From: Azolla caroliniana
Taxonomy: Eukaryota; Plantae; Polypodiophyta
Length of the DNA: 64,000 bases
NCBI GenBank assembly: GCA_043228905.1
Contig: JBHGNT010000012.1
Location: 124,001 to 188,000, forward strand
Reading direction: 5' to 3'
A program made the translations under genes and the position numbers. Of this stretch, positions 1 to 13,300 are shown piece by piece. The number at the start of each line of letters is the position of its first letter. Position 1 is the stretch's first letter. The notes below the pieces were generated by a model. That model worked only from the letters and a program-made list of their open reading frames with translations. It did no database searches and was not told the DNA's origin.

Positions 1-1170
1 ACGTTATTTTATGAGATATCAATGCCAGATGATTAAACAATCAAAAGGAAAATCTGTTGAATAATTAGTGCTAGTCTTAAAAATACCTCTTAGTTTTGAG
101 AATTCTACTATTCATAATATGGGTAAAAATTAGTACAATATTATTTTGATATATGTCACTATGTATCAAACTAGCACTATGAATTACAATGGAATCCTCT
201 GAGGCACAGAAGATCGTGCTAATTAACACATTTCGTATTTCCTACAACAATTTTCAGTAGGTGGTTCAATCTCTATTTGTCACCATCATCAATCACCAAC
301 TCCAGAATTGAGAAATCTGGACATGGCAATGTCAATTATACCTATATCCATGTGGTATGTAAAATGTACTTCTGATTGTGACAAGAGGCCTTCTTTCCTA
401 TCCTAACGTAAGATCCTTAAGATTGCCAACAACTTTGTTGCCAAAGGATTGCCATATGTTATGTAGTCATGGACGAACTTCAAACATCATTGCCAAGAAA
501 GCACTCATGGTTAATAGGTTCTGAACATTTAAATGCCTAATTACTATTAACAACATACCTCCACAAAGTTGCAAAGATCATTTTCCTATGGTATATACCC
601 ACCTTACTATTAACATCATGCCAACAAGAAGTTCTAATTATTTCTACCCAAGGTTGAGTGTCTATGCACATACCTTTTAAAAGTTAAATTTTCGAGCTAC
701 CACATGATAAAAATTTACTGCTCCCCCCATTTTGGGTATATATATTGCTCCATGAAACCCAACTCATACCAAAATTTGAGCCTTTTGTTCTATGATGTAT
801 ATTTAGTGAACACGCTAAATGATCAAGCGATTTCTTTGTCCATGGCAATAATGGCAAAAAATAAGAAATCATTGGAACCATTATTACTTGTACCACTTTA
901 AGGTGAGTACCAAATGACCAAGCTTGAGACATCCAATACATATACTGATCTAAAATCGTGTCTGATATCCAATTCAAACTTTGAGAAGGTGAAATATCAA
1001 CATCAATAGGGAAATCTAAGTGCCGATACATATTTCCTTCATCTAATATTTGGCCACACCATCCAACATCAACCAAATCACTCTCAGTGCATCTAATAAG
1101 CATTGACTTCCGCATATTAATAATCTTGATGCCAATGAAACACATTCCACACCTCCATGACTTTAGCTAT
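1..1170 (-). mobile_element. Degenerate L1-type LINE ORF2 fragment
   Basis: YRHLDFPIDVDISP..W..W.F..LKVVQ resembles the YLG.P post-RT block of L1-type ORF2. A possible ORF1 remnant lies at ~2850-3500. Confidence 0.45.
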
Positions 1171-2760
1171 ATTCCCAGGTACACCTTTGAGAAACAAAAA
1201 TGGATCATCTACCAATTCTTGAACTACTAATTGTTTCTCAAATGGTAGAGCTAAGCCAACTATTTGCCTAGATGCTGCCAACTCGTGCATCTTAACCAGA
1301 AGTGGGTGTGTAGCAATGACAAATAATAATGGACTAAATGGGATCATTATCTTCGTAAACCTTGTCAATGCACTACTTCGCTGTGAATCCTTTCTTTGCC
1401 TAAATTTAGCAATTCGATTTTCGAATGTCGATTGATGCATCCTCGTCTAGCCTTTCCTACACTTGATTTCGTAATGCGTTTGTGATGAACTCCATTGGTG
1501 AAATTACATCTAAGCCGTAGACCAATCAAAATGTTGTCGAATTGATTGGTGCTTTGAAGGAAGTCTGATATGGCCACAATGCTGAATGTAGATTCCGATC
1601 CCAATTGGTTCGATGTTTATTCACCGTCTTCCTTAGGATTCACCGCAGAATCTTATGTGAGGATTTTGTTAATCCATTCGCCTAAGGATAGTATACAATA
1701 CTCTTTTTGTGCACAATCATATGCTTGGTTGTGAGCTCTCGTATGACCTTGTTAATGAAGTGACCACCCTGATCACTTACCAGCTCGATCGGGCAACCAA
1801 ATTGAGTCATGATATTTTCATACAAAAATCGGGCTACAGATTCTGTACAATTATACCTTAGGGCCTTTGCTTCGACCGATTTTGTACAGTACTATGTTGC
1901 TATTATAATGTACATGTTGTTGGTTTGTTTGAGTTGCTACTGGAATGAATGGTTGGACAAAGTCCAAACCCCCACCCACTTTTTTTGAAAAGGTTCCAAT
2001 GGCAACACTAGTTTGTATGCCATTCTTGATTTCTCCGTCGGCCATCCCAACAGTTTGGCAGACATCACACTGTTTTGAGTAGAAGTGCATGTAGTTGGAT
2101 ACAAGTGGGCACCATAAGCCTTAGCCTTAGGCACCGATCCGATCCATACTCTACTACGAGTGGTTACCTCACCTGAGTAGTGCCCGCTCGCCACTCCTTC
2201 GTGAGCTTCCTCGAGGATGGCAAGCTTCTCATGCTCCATGCTGCGTCTGCTCCTTGGTTGTATAGAGCATCGTGGATGATACTAAATCTTTGACTACGCA
2301 ATGTGAATTACTTCCTTTGATCTCTTTTCAGACTTGGTGGTGGAATTCCTTGAGTCAAGAAGTACTCGATCTCCTTGTACCGCCCCGCCCGTCTGGTCCT
2401 TTGATCCTTATTTCTTCGACTACTTCTTGTGTTAGAATGTCGCCATCCGGGAAGTCGACCGGTACTCCTATTGCCGCATCACCTGTTTCGATTCTTGATA
2501 GATAGTCAACCGATGCGTGCAAGACTCTCGATGTGTGGATTATTGTAAACTCGAACTTCTGCAAGAGCAACATCCACCCTGTAGCTTGCTTGTTAGTTTT
2601 GCTTTAATTACCAAGTACATCAAAGCCAAATGATCTACATGAAATGTGACCTTATTCCCCAACAAGTAGTATCTAAACTTGTTAATCAAGTAGATCATGC
2701 CGAGCCCTTCTCTCTTGGTGGTTGAGTAGTTTCGTTCACCTTTGTTTAGCTTGATGAACA
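1170..2760 (-). mobile_element. Degenerate non-chromovirus Ty3/Gypsy RNase H-integrase fragment
   Basis: ERNYSTTKREGLGMIY.INKFRYYLLG, LLLQKFEFTI, HEGVASGHY, CDVCQ, CPIELVSDQGGHFIN. Boundaries approximate. Confidence 0.75.
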
Positions 2761-3792
2761 TCCAAGATCCTAAGGGTTTAAACTCCTAAACCCTAAACTG
2801 TTCAAATCTCTAATTTGATGCTAGAAATTACAATATTATTTAATAATTAATGCCAAGAATGATCATGTTGTTAACACTTTCCCAATTGTTCCATTACACC
2901 CCAAATTATACGCAACCAAAATGAGAATTTACACTCTACCTCAAACCATATTTCAACACTCTTGAAACTTAGCTAGTGGTGTCCAAGGAACAATATAGAC
3001 CAGATTATTTTCGTAAAAGATAAGCAAATGGGACAGTAATCTATCACTTTGTCATTTGATTTAAAAATGACCTCAAAGAACCCATGCGAACTTTTGTAAA
3101 AGTCTTCTGCACTATTTCTACCCACCATAACATTTAACCATTGAGTAACCTAACTTACCAAAGGATTTCCCCTCATAATGAAGCAAATAATACCTCGCTG
3201 ATGAAACATGAAAAAATCCTTCAAGATGTCCCAACACGACATCTCCACTTCTACAATATCATCAACTTCTACATTCACCATTTATATATATTATTAGGTA
3301 AAATGTCATGTAATGCTTGGTTAGAAACCACATGAATTACTTCTCAATATTGGTCCTTCATCTCCTCATCTTCTACAATAATATGTGAGTCTAATGGTTT
3401 TGAAATAATATCTATATCCTCCCCTTGCATATTATTAATGCCAATCTTTTGATTCTTCAAATCGGTATCGTCTTCTCCTTCTCTCTATTTCTCTTTTATC
3501 CATCCATCCATCCATTCCATGATCTATGCCCAATTTTAAGGATAAGGAATTAAAGAGAAAGATAATTTAACATTTAACATTCGCATTCGAAGATGACATG
3601 CCATGTTATAAACCTAGACGACATCCTTTTATGTTACAAACCCGAACAAAGATTGATTTAAAGCTTGTGGAGAAAAACAACTTTGCTGCAATGCTCCTGA
3701 TTGAACTGATGTAGCAAAATTGGTGTACAACCAAAAATCTTGAGCTTCTCTAAATCTAACTCACTCACTCTCTATGTCTATGGTTTTATCAT

Positions 3793-3796
<4 letters not shown>

Positions 3797-3871
<75 letters not shown>
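3797..3871. repeat. Compound microsatellite (TC)n(AC)n
   Basis: Directly visible, ~480 bp downstream of the LeuRS stop codon. Confidence 0.97.
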
Positions 3872-3874
<3 letters not shown>

Positions 3875-4351
3875 TTTTACTCTTTGTGAAATCTTAACTC
3901 CACAACGCCCTTCGTGGAAGTTCCACAGAACCTCAATTCCACTAGAGACCAATGCTCTTTATAGCTCACATTTTGCATCCAAATGTTCCTAATAGAATAT
4001 GAACCCTTTACCTTATCGTTTTAAAAGAATAACTTTCACCACTTGATCTACCTCGGTTAAATTTAAATTCTTAGATGTTATGTCTTTTTTCAGTAACCGC
4101 TTTCTTTGTAATTGAAAAAATAAGATTTGATTCTATTATTTTTAGAATGTTTTTATAAAATTCTATAGGATCTGGAACTATCCATAACTTCAAATCAAAA
4201 ATTGAATTTATCTTTATTTCTGAATATTTTTTGTTGGTAGAAAATTTGTCAAACACTATTCCTGATTGAAATATACATCTTATATTTTAGTAAAAATGAA
4301 AAGAATGCTCCATTTTCTGGTAAAAATCGTGAGAAAGGATGGTAATTGTTA

Positions 4352-7300
4352 TTACTTTGAAATCATAATGTTGAGGATTTTTCCAGGGACATATATCTTC
4401 TTCACAATGTCCTTATCACCGATGTATTTTCTCACATTCTTATTATCCAACGCTGCTGCGAGTGCAATGGCTTCATCAACAACAGCTGAAACTTGAATAG
4501 TACCTCTTGTCTTCCCATTTATTTGGATTGGTAATGTAACAAATTCTTCTGTGAGATATTCTTTCATCACCTGGCATCAGGGTGGGAAATGTGATGTAAA
4601 ATATATGCATATTTATTGCACAAAAACCAGAATTGATTATGAGATGAGATTGGCTAAATGATTTCAATATTACACACCTTTGGCCATGGTTCATATGCAA
4701 GGCTTTGATGATGGCCAAGTCGTTGCCATAATTCCTCAGCCAAATGAGGAGCAAAAGGCGAGAGTAACAAAATAAAACTTTCCAACACTTGTCGAGGCCG
4801 ATCCTCCCACTACAAGACCATTAAATCCTTTAAACGAAAGGTCATCCAATCCTCACAACAGAGTAAAACAGGAATAAAAATTTAGCAAGTATTAAGTTCG
4901 AACAAGCCAGACTCCAAGTTTGAAAGTGAACCTTGTTTGCTGCATTTGTGAATTCCATCATCGCTGCAATAGCTGTATTGAAACGCATTCCTTCAAGTTC
5001 GTCTGTTACCTGGGTTTTTTATGGCCACAGCAATAAGAGCATTACGCAAGCTAGCTATATTAAAGGAATGAGAAAATACTGAAAACAGTTACCTTCTGAA
5101 TGCACTGATGCAATATTCGGAGCTGTTCAGAAGAAGGTTTGTTTTCAGTAACAACACAGCCTTCTCGATATAAACCTGTTGTTGTGGCAGGCAAACCAAC
5201 TACTAGCCTCCATGCCCGACCTAAGAAGCGATGGACTCCTTCTACCCCATTGGTATTCCATATTTTGGTATCCCTAGAGAACAATACCCATAACAAAGAA
5301 CTCTGACTTCACGTAAAGAAAACCTCAAATAAAAGAGCATTAATGCATGCAAAAACGCTGTAAATACAAAAACGTTCGCGAAATCCAAACTCTATACTTA
5401 CTGTTAGAAATTTCCGTTGTAAAAATATGGGTTCTAAAGACATGCCAAAATCACTTAAAGTAGATCAGTATTAACCTCAATGGACCCATGAACATCTCGT
5501 ACAACCGTAAAGAATCTGCCCCATAATCATTGATTATATCATCTGGATTGATCACATTACCCCTGCTCTTGCTCATTTTGAAAGCCCTTGCAGTAACCCT
5601 GATATTTGGAAAGTCTTTAAGCACATAGCTCTCCCCAACTTTCAAAACCTAAAGTAAAAATCAACTGAAATTTATGAATTCTGGGAAAGAGGTTTCATAC
5701 AAAGATGTTTCCTCCCTTCTAATTTTTATTTCCCTTTCTATTAGCTCTATAGAAAAAGGATTCACACCTTATTAAAAGAGAAAAGTGCACTGATCTAAGA
5801 ATTCAAATCAAGAGGCTAGAGAGAGACTATAATCAATTCATTAAGCATCTAATTAGTGGTAAGAAAATTCTAGGATTTACATTCTAACATAACACTTACT
5901 CAATGTGAACTAATTATATAACTTTATAGTTATGTTAGAATCTAATTAGAGGTAAGGAAATCCTAGGATTTAGATGCTAACATAACACTTACTCAATGTG
6001 AGCTTTGGGATACCTTCACGAATTCCTGTGGGTGTCACATTCGTAAGCACTTCTGAGAGCTTTGAAATAGTACAGCCAGACATGATTATATGCAGCATTG
6101 ATGTTACAAGAGAGACAGTATCGATGAGCACTATTTGAGGAGCCTTGCACATTCATCGCATAATCTAGGCCCCTGAACTTCCAGATCAACATGCATCCAC
6201 ATTCTCCTACTTCTGTGAGATTTGGACTCCACCTCAACATCCACTCCCACTCCCACCTAACATGATATAATCTTGGGAATCAAGATCAGTGCCACCTATG
6301 GCAGTTCCTTTTAAGATAGTCCTAGAATCCCTCTCCTCCACACGTGATGTATGGAGACATGGACAAATGATCAATGTTGTCGTTTTTGCACTAGGATTGA
6401 AGGTGCTTTCCATACCTTGGAGACCCTTTCATCTTGGAGTGGCCCATGGTGGAGATCTATTGAAGGCAGAATTTTCGGTCTACCTAACTTCAGAATCTTA
6501 CATGCTTAGCTAAGGAAACAACATTTGTAGATGACTTTCAATCTCTCATTTGGTCTGATTGGCCATGTTGGCCTCTTAAAGGATGAAAATATATCTTTCT
6601 TTCTTCGCAAGGACTACACCAACCATTTAGATTAACCATCAGATTGAGTAGAAGACTGAGAGAAACAGTCACAGCAGCTCATGTCTAGAGTGATCCCGCA
6701 GTTCATACTATGGGAATGGTTTAACCAACTAACCCACCACACGCCATCCATTATGAGTTGCATAATTCTCTATAGTATATATTGTTCTCGTACATCATAT
6801 AGCAATAAGAACACATCACATACCATGATGATCGTCATAGAGTACATATATCATCGTCATCATCGACTATGTCTTTCAGTGTAATCTGTCTTATTTGTCC
6901 TTCATTAGGTAGCTAGAGAAGGCCATTGTCCATACTTCAGCATTACCAGACGCATTTATAATTTTATTATTTTCTTTCTTTCAAAGATAACAATCACTTC
7001 TTGTCTGTTTTCTGTTGTTTTGTTATATAAGCTCCTATTGTCACTACTGTCCATACTTGGAAGAGATTTTTAAAAACATGTTACCAAGACAAACACCTAT
7101 ATTCAAATGGGGAAAATGTTTAATCTCCAATCCATGTCATGTACTTGTCTAGTAATGATGACCTTTACCTAATCCCTAATTTGGGAAGTATTACTCATAC
7201 AGTTAAAAAAATAAAGAAATGTTCTTGATACATTTTGCATCAAAATTTACCTGGGTTTCTGGTACTTTTTCCTGAGTATAGTTATACCCTCCATCCACAC

Positions 7301-10300
7301 ACTCAGCTGAGACAAAGTTTCCTGAATGATCTCTATTGACTATGTACTCGACCTACAGATGCAGAATAACATCTTTTTAAAGAAGGTTCTTATAAGGTTT
7401 GACTTGGATATATTGTTTGAAAATCTAAAAGACGCATACTTCTCCAAGAATCATGCCTTGATTCACCAAGCATTGAAATGGCTCTTTGGTTGATACAACT
7501 CCAATATCATAAAGAACCTGAAGCATAAGATTTTGAACAAAGAAAGTTATGTTGCATCTTTCATCACAAACAATCTGATAAGGATTGCATGTAAGGAACT
7601 TGTCATGAAAATTGCATTCTTTAATGTCATTTGTCAGTGTGATTTTACATTGCTAATAGGTGATAGAAGTTATAGATCTAATGTGCTTTTCAATTCCACT
7701 GAATACTACTTGAGCACAACCCTCACTAGATCACACAGCATATAATGTAAAGCTCAGCAGGAATTATAAGGTTGTTCGGTGGAGACCAAAAGATCATGTG
7801 TTCAACCCCTAGATTCTATCGTGGCATCTGGTAAATTAGTGCAGTTCGTACAATTTGAATCTATGTGCATCTAATACTAATTTAAGAACAACCTCAACTT
7901 GATCACAACATATAATGTAAAGCTTGGCAGGAAGTATAAGGTTGTTTGGTGGAGACCAATAGGTCATGTATTCAAGAACCCTACATTCTATAGTGGCATC
8001 TGGTAAATTAGTGCACTTAGGAAGATATGAATCTAGGTGCATAGGTTATTGAAAACATAGCTTGCCACTATGGTAGAAGCGCAATATGAAGAAAAACGTA
8101 TCCACAAAAAATATTATATATTCATTCATGCATTGAAAATCTCTTTAGATACCTTGTGCCAAAACCTTGCATACAATAAGTGTAAAACAGAATGTTCTGC
8201 ACCTCCTACATACAGATCAACCGGGCCCCAATACCTGAAAAGTTTTGGATGCATATAGTAAAGCTTCCTATTTTAATGTATATTTTTTCTACTAAGACCT
8301 GCTACAATACTATAAAATTTACCTCTCCTTTTCAGGGTCAACCAAAGACTTTACATTATGTGGATCCATAAACCTGAGATAATACCTGAATATATAGCCA
8401 CTATTAGATACCATTACGCAATCACATGTACACTCTTTTCTGAAAATATGACCTTTATTGGATGATTGTGAGTTGATGGTGTATACCAGCATGAGCCTGC
8501 CCATTGTGGCATAGTGTTTGTTTCCCTCCTTGCAGGCTTCCCTGTTTCTGGATCAATTGTCTTCACCTGTAAAAATTAGTTCATGAAAATGTGTAGAAAA
8601 CAGAATCTTCATGAATCCATAATCCAAAATGTTATTTATTGTTTGATATACGAATTAGTATCTGTTAATATTTTGTGATTTTGAGGCATGATATGCCCAA
8701 CAATGAGTAATCACCTCTATTTATTGTTCAAAATCAATTGGCTTACATGTTACAGTCCTTCTCTACTACAGTGAGTTCCTTCACTATCAGAGGATACTAA
8801 ACAGCTTACCTACAGTGAGTTCCTATTTGTTTACCTACTAGTCAAATGCACCACTTACCTAGCAGGTAAGAGACCTTCTGTTAAGGATGCATGCATCTTA
8901 TTATGGTATACTTCAGAGGGCCACTGTTCTTACACACTTAGTAGAAACTCATCCCCCGTGCCCGAAATTAAAAATAATATTATTCACATATTTGATTCAT
9001 GGGATTTATCAGAGATAGATATTCCAGACCTCTATAGGGCCTAGACATTGGGCATTGCATATCATTTAATCATTTATCATAAATACTAGTATGCTCATCA
9101 AGGGACTTCTCTCACATTGAGCATATGTTCGGCCAGGCATACTCTCTGCAGCTTGAGCCCAGGTATAATCTTAACACTGTTTCATTCATTAGTTGAGGAA
9201 GGGAAGATTCAATAGGCTGTACATTGCTCCTAACACCAACAGGCCGACTTGTTGCATGGCTTTCACTCACTAACAGAGATCTGTTCACCATCATGCTCAT
9301 ACCCATCCTCCAATCCCACCATGCACACAAGTCTATTCCTCATCTCCTCCTCAATAGAATAAACCGTAGTGTCCTTGCTCTGGATAACACTAGATTCCCA
9401 CAGCAGAGGGCAAGTTGGGAAAACCTCATTTCTAGGAAAAAATCCTGAATTATGGTTATGGCTGTACCTCAGGACAATATGATATATAAATGAACCGAGA
9501 CTGAACATAACTAAAAAAGCAGCATGGCAAGCACATTCAAAATATCTAATGAAAACCTGCAATTACTCCAATAATAGAATCTTGTTAATCCTAAATTTAA
9601 CAACAAATGATATTTTATTTAGCCTTACCCAATCCACTGCTTTTGACAGTGGTGGATCACCAGTTCCAGAAGGAGAAAATTCATCTAGTTCAGGAAGAAT
9701 TATGGGTAGGTCATCCTCATTGATTGCCTTAGTTTCACCTGTATCATTCAGGAAAATTATAGGGAAAGGTTCACCCCAATACCGTTGACGTGCAAATAAC
9801 CAATCTCGAAGCTTGTAGTTGACCTAACAAACATGTACGCACAATGCTTTATCTTATAACAAAGAAATTCCAGTGGAGAAAATTATATCTGAATTAGCAA
9901 TTATGCCAGTCAAGAATGTGGTGCCGTTTGTCCTTTTAATATTGCTAAATTACCTGACGTTTACCATAGCCTCTGTTTTCAAGCCATTCTATAACTCGTT
10001 GAGCTGCTTGATCAGTAGGTAAACCATTCCAATCAATACCAGTATCACCATACGAAGAATTAACTACTATTCCTTGACCAGTGTATGCAGCTTTTCCATC
10101 CCACTGTGTAATATTTTCAGGGGATACGACGAGGCGCTCTGGTAAGCCAAATTTCTTTGCAAATTCATGATCTCGCGTATCATGTGCAGGAACGGCCATA
10201 ATTGCACCTGTGCCATAACTGCCATAACACCATTCCACAACATCAATCACACAGAAATATTGTGCACTATAAGTTTCACGTAGCAATAAACAGGAACACC

Positions 10301-13300
10301 CGTTTTACTGTTTCTATCAACACATTTTACAATTAAAGCAAAAGAAACAATCTGTCTCTGTGCACTTCTTATCATACACGAAGTGATGGTTGGCAATGGC
10401 ATTGCGTGAAGTCCCATCTCTAATGCATACTACAAACATTCAAATGAAAACAGATAAGCTGTGTCTGTGTGCTTCTGACTACCTGCTATATATTCGAGGA
10501 AGTAAGTATATGCTCCCTATTTACAGGCCCCAAAATTTGCAATCATAAAACTGGAAATAGATAACAAGACCTCAGAAAGACGGAGTTTGGAATTTGGAAT
10601 CGTCCGATCACACATTCATGATTCCATGCTCTTATATTGGTTGCAGACATGGTTTTCCATGAAGAATACTGGATGCACTAGAAATATTTTGTCAGCAGTC
10701 AATGTTTTGAGACATCTGCTCGAAAATGGACACCAGATAGCAGGTAATATCACCTTTGCCATTAATAACATCAGGGTTTTCTATCGAACCGTGCAGTTCA
10801 CTCTCTTATTCAGTGATAAATTTTTCTTTGAGAGGATTAAATGGCCTGTTATTTGGAATCCCCTAGTTACAGTTTCCTAGAGACATTGGTTAAGAGAATG
10901 CACACATTGATTAGGCTGATTGGGATCTCATCTTGTCAACTTCTTCCTTACAGTGAACTTCTGGGTGCTCCCTGGTTAATTGCCTGCCATATGATATTGC
11001 TCAAGATGTTTCACAGCATATTATGAACATTTCTAATGCCATTCCTCCCGCCTGGACAGATAACTCCCCAGTGGTTTCTTTGATGAGTTATAGGCCCCGA
11101 TCTGGTACTTTATAAGCACTTCTATCTTTAGCATTGATCCTATGGATCAGTTTCATCTGCATATTCCCCATAATCTTGTTGATGATGAACATAAGTGGCA
11201 ATTTGGATATGTTGCCTTTTGCGGAAAAATATTACTGTCATAGACATATTCAATTTTGGACTGTTTCTAGCATTTACGTTATGGTATATGTAGAAAAGCC
11301 GATGCTCTCACATTCTCAGACACAAAGCATTCTAGTTCTTTTTCTTTGATTGTTCACCCGGAGATATTGTTTGTATATACTCTCCAGTAGTGACTCATTT
11401 CTGTTGTTTAATCTTATCAGCCATTTTGGCCTCTTAAAAGAAGTTAATATTTCTTTCTTTCTTGGCTCCTCTTAGCATTGACTGAGATATTACAGCCATG
11501 GTACTTGCATATAGCATTTCTGCACATCCATAACAATTAACTCGAAACTTCTATTAACCTTTATAACACAGAATATGATCGCACAGATTCATCAGTCAAG
11601 AGGATTAGGAACCCAGCATATTTAATTAGGAGCTCCCAAGGAGCAAACTACTACTGCTAACATAGCTGCAAACTTCTACAGTTCTTCAAACCCCTCAAAG
11701 TTGCAAAGGTTGGCTAGCCACCACAAAGTCCATCATTGTAAAATCTACCACTTCTGTTCTCTTGTTGAAACCATATAAGAAAGACCTCTTATTTGCAGTG
11801 AAGAATTTATACTACCGTTGAAACCATATAATATCCCATGCCCACATAAGAAAGACCCTAACACAATGACGTTGCTGAAATAATAGCGACCAGAAAGCTA
11901 GACAAAAACTGTGAAAAACAATCGAAAAAAAAAGAATGCCAGTTAACTATCAGAGTGTAAAGATATATATACAGAGAAAGAGAGGTTGTGGCCATAGAAA
12001 GGGAGATGTACTTAATTATGAAATAAAAAATGAATAAATAGCTGAAAAAAAACAAAAAACAAATTGGCTCCTCTCTGTACCCAAATATGAACCCATTGGG
12101 ATGCTATAAATTCCGAGAAACACTCTAATTTTAGAAAATAAATAAGGTCACAAAAGTTTCCTGAGGCTATTTTACTCATTTTGTTTCTTGTTCCAGCAGT
12201 TTTGACTTTTCACATCTCCCAGGTGCAAAACACACTTTTGATGAATACACATTTGTAGTTGGATACCCATTGTTCCCAAAGTATTATAGCTCAATAGGGT
12301 TTAGGTTTTAAACTTGAATATAATTTACCGATCATTGGGGAGTGAGGATGAGAATTGGACTCCTGTGGACATACTGCCATCGCTATTGACAAGTATTGAG
12401 ATGGAAGATATGGAGGCAGTGCACATTGTGATTCATGCTAGCAAAGTAAGGTATCCATATCATGATGAATTGGATGCCCAGCATGTGTTGGCAGCAAGCA
12501 AATGTTTAGTCTTTTACTACCTTCATATTTGAGGTTGAGAAGTCTTGGAGGTGACCCCAATTTAGGTTGTGCTAACATGTACTACAGGTGCTACCTAATC
12601 ATGGCAAACCCATTCAATCTCAACTTCTAATTACAAAGAATCATTTGTCTAAGCCAATGTGGACTAGTTGGCATTCATAAAATGGCTGTAAATAATATGG
12701 ACACGGATAAAATGAGGATTCAATGTGTTAAAATTTGGTCATACTTCTGGGTATGAGGGTTCAAGATCTTAATGTTTCAAGAAATGGGTGCATCACCCAA
12801 AAAAGGCATCAAGATCTTTCGTGTCAATGATAGGCAATAGTGAAACAAGGGTTGAAACTCATGCAATATCATAAGCTCATGGTCCACACTAGTGGACACC
12901 AGAGGGATTTCATGAAGCAAACAGTAATTGATAGTACAAAAATAGATTCATACAATACCTGTGTGTGTAGATTTTCATATCACATTCAGGTTTCTGACCA
13001 GTAATATAATGCATAACCTATAAAAGAGCGTTTGTGTGCATGTACACAGTTGGGCAAATCCGTTTTCGGATCTGTGCATATATACATTCAGCAAGAGTGA
13101 AAAAGTAATGAACAAATAAATTTGTTGAGACTAGGCATGTGAAAAACTTTTGGACACTTCTGTCATGAAGAACAATCCAATGGACAACATGACAGACTCA
13201 CAAGTTGGTTGTAAAAAGTTTGCAAACATTTTAGACTAGAAACAATGATATATTAATTCTAAGTGGCCAAAAAGACCTATAAGCCCAAACAAGAGATTGC

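Noticed and set aside
2770-2798. Telomere-like AGGGTTTA/AAACCCTAAA motifs, also near 12295
   Set aside because: Only 1-2 degenerate units, too short to call an interstitial telomere.
10207-10230. TTATGGCA repeated across the LeuRS exon-9 acceptor (the ORF track reads CYGSYGTG)
   Set aside because: Only the 10218 acceptor keeps the frame and the conserved SYGTGA; an 8-bp repeat is likely chance.
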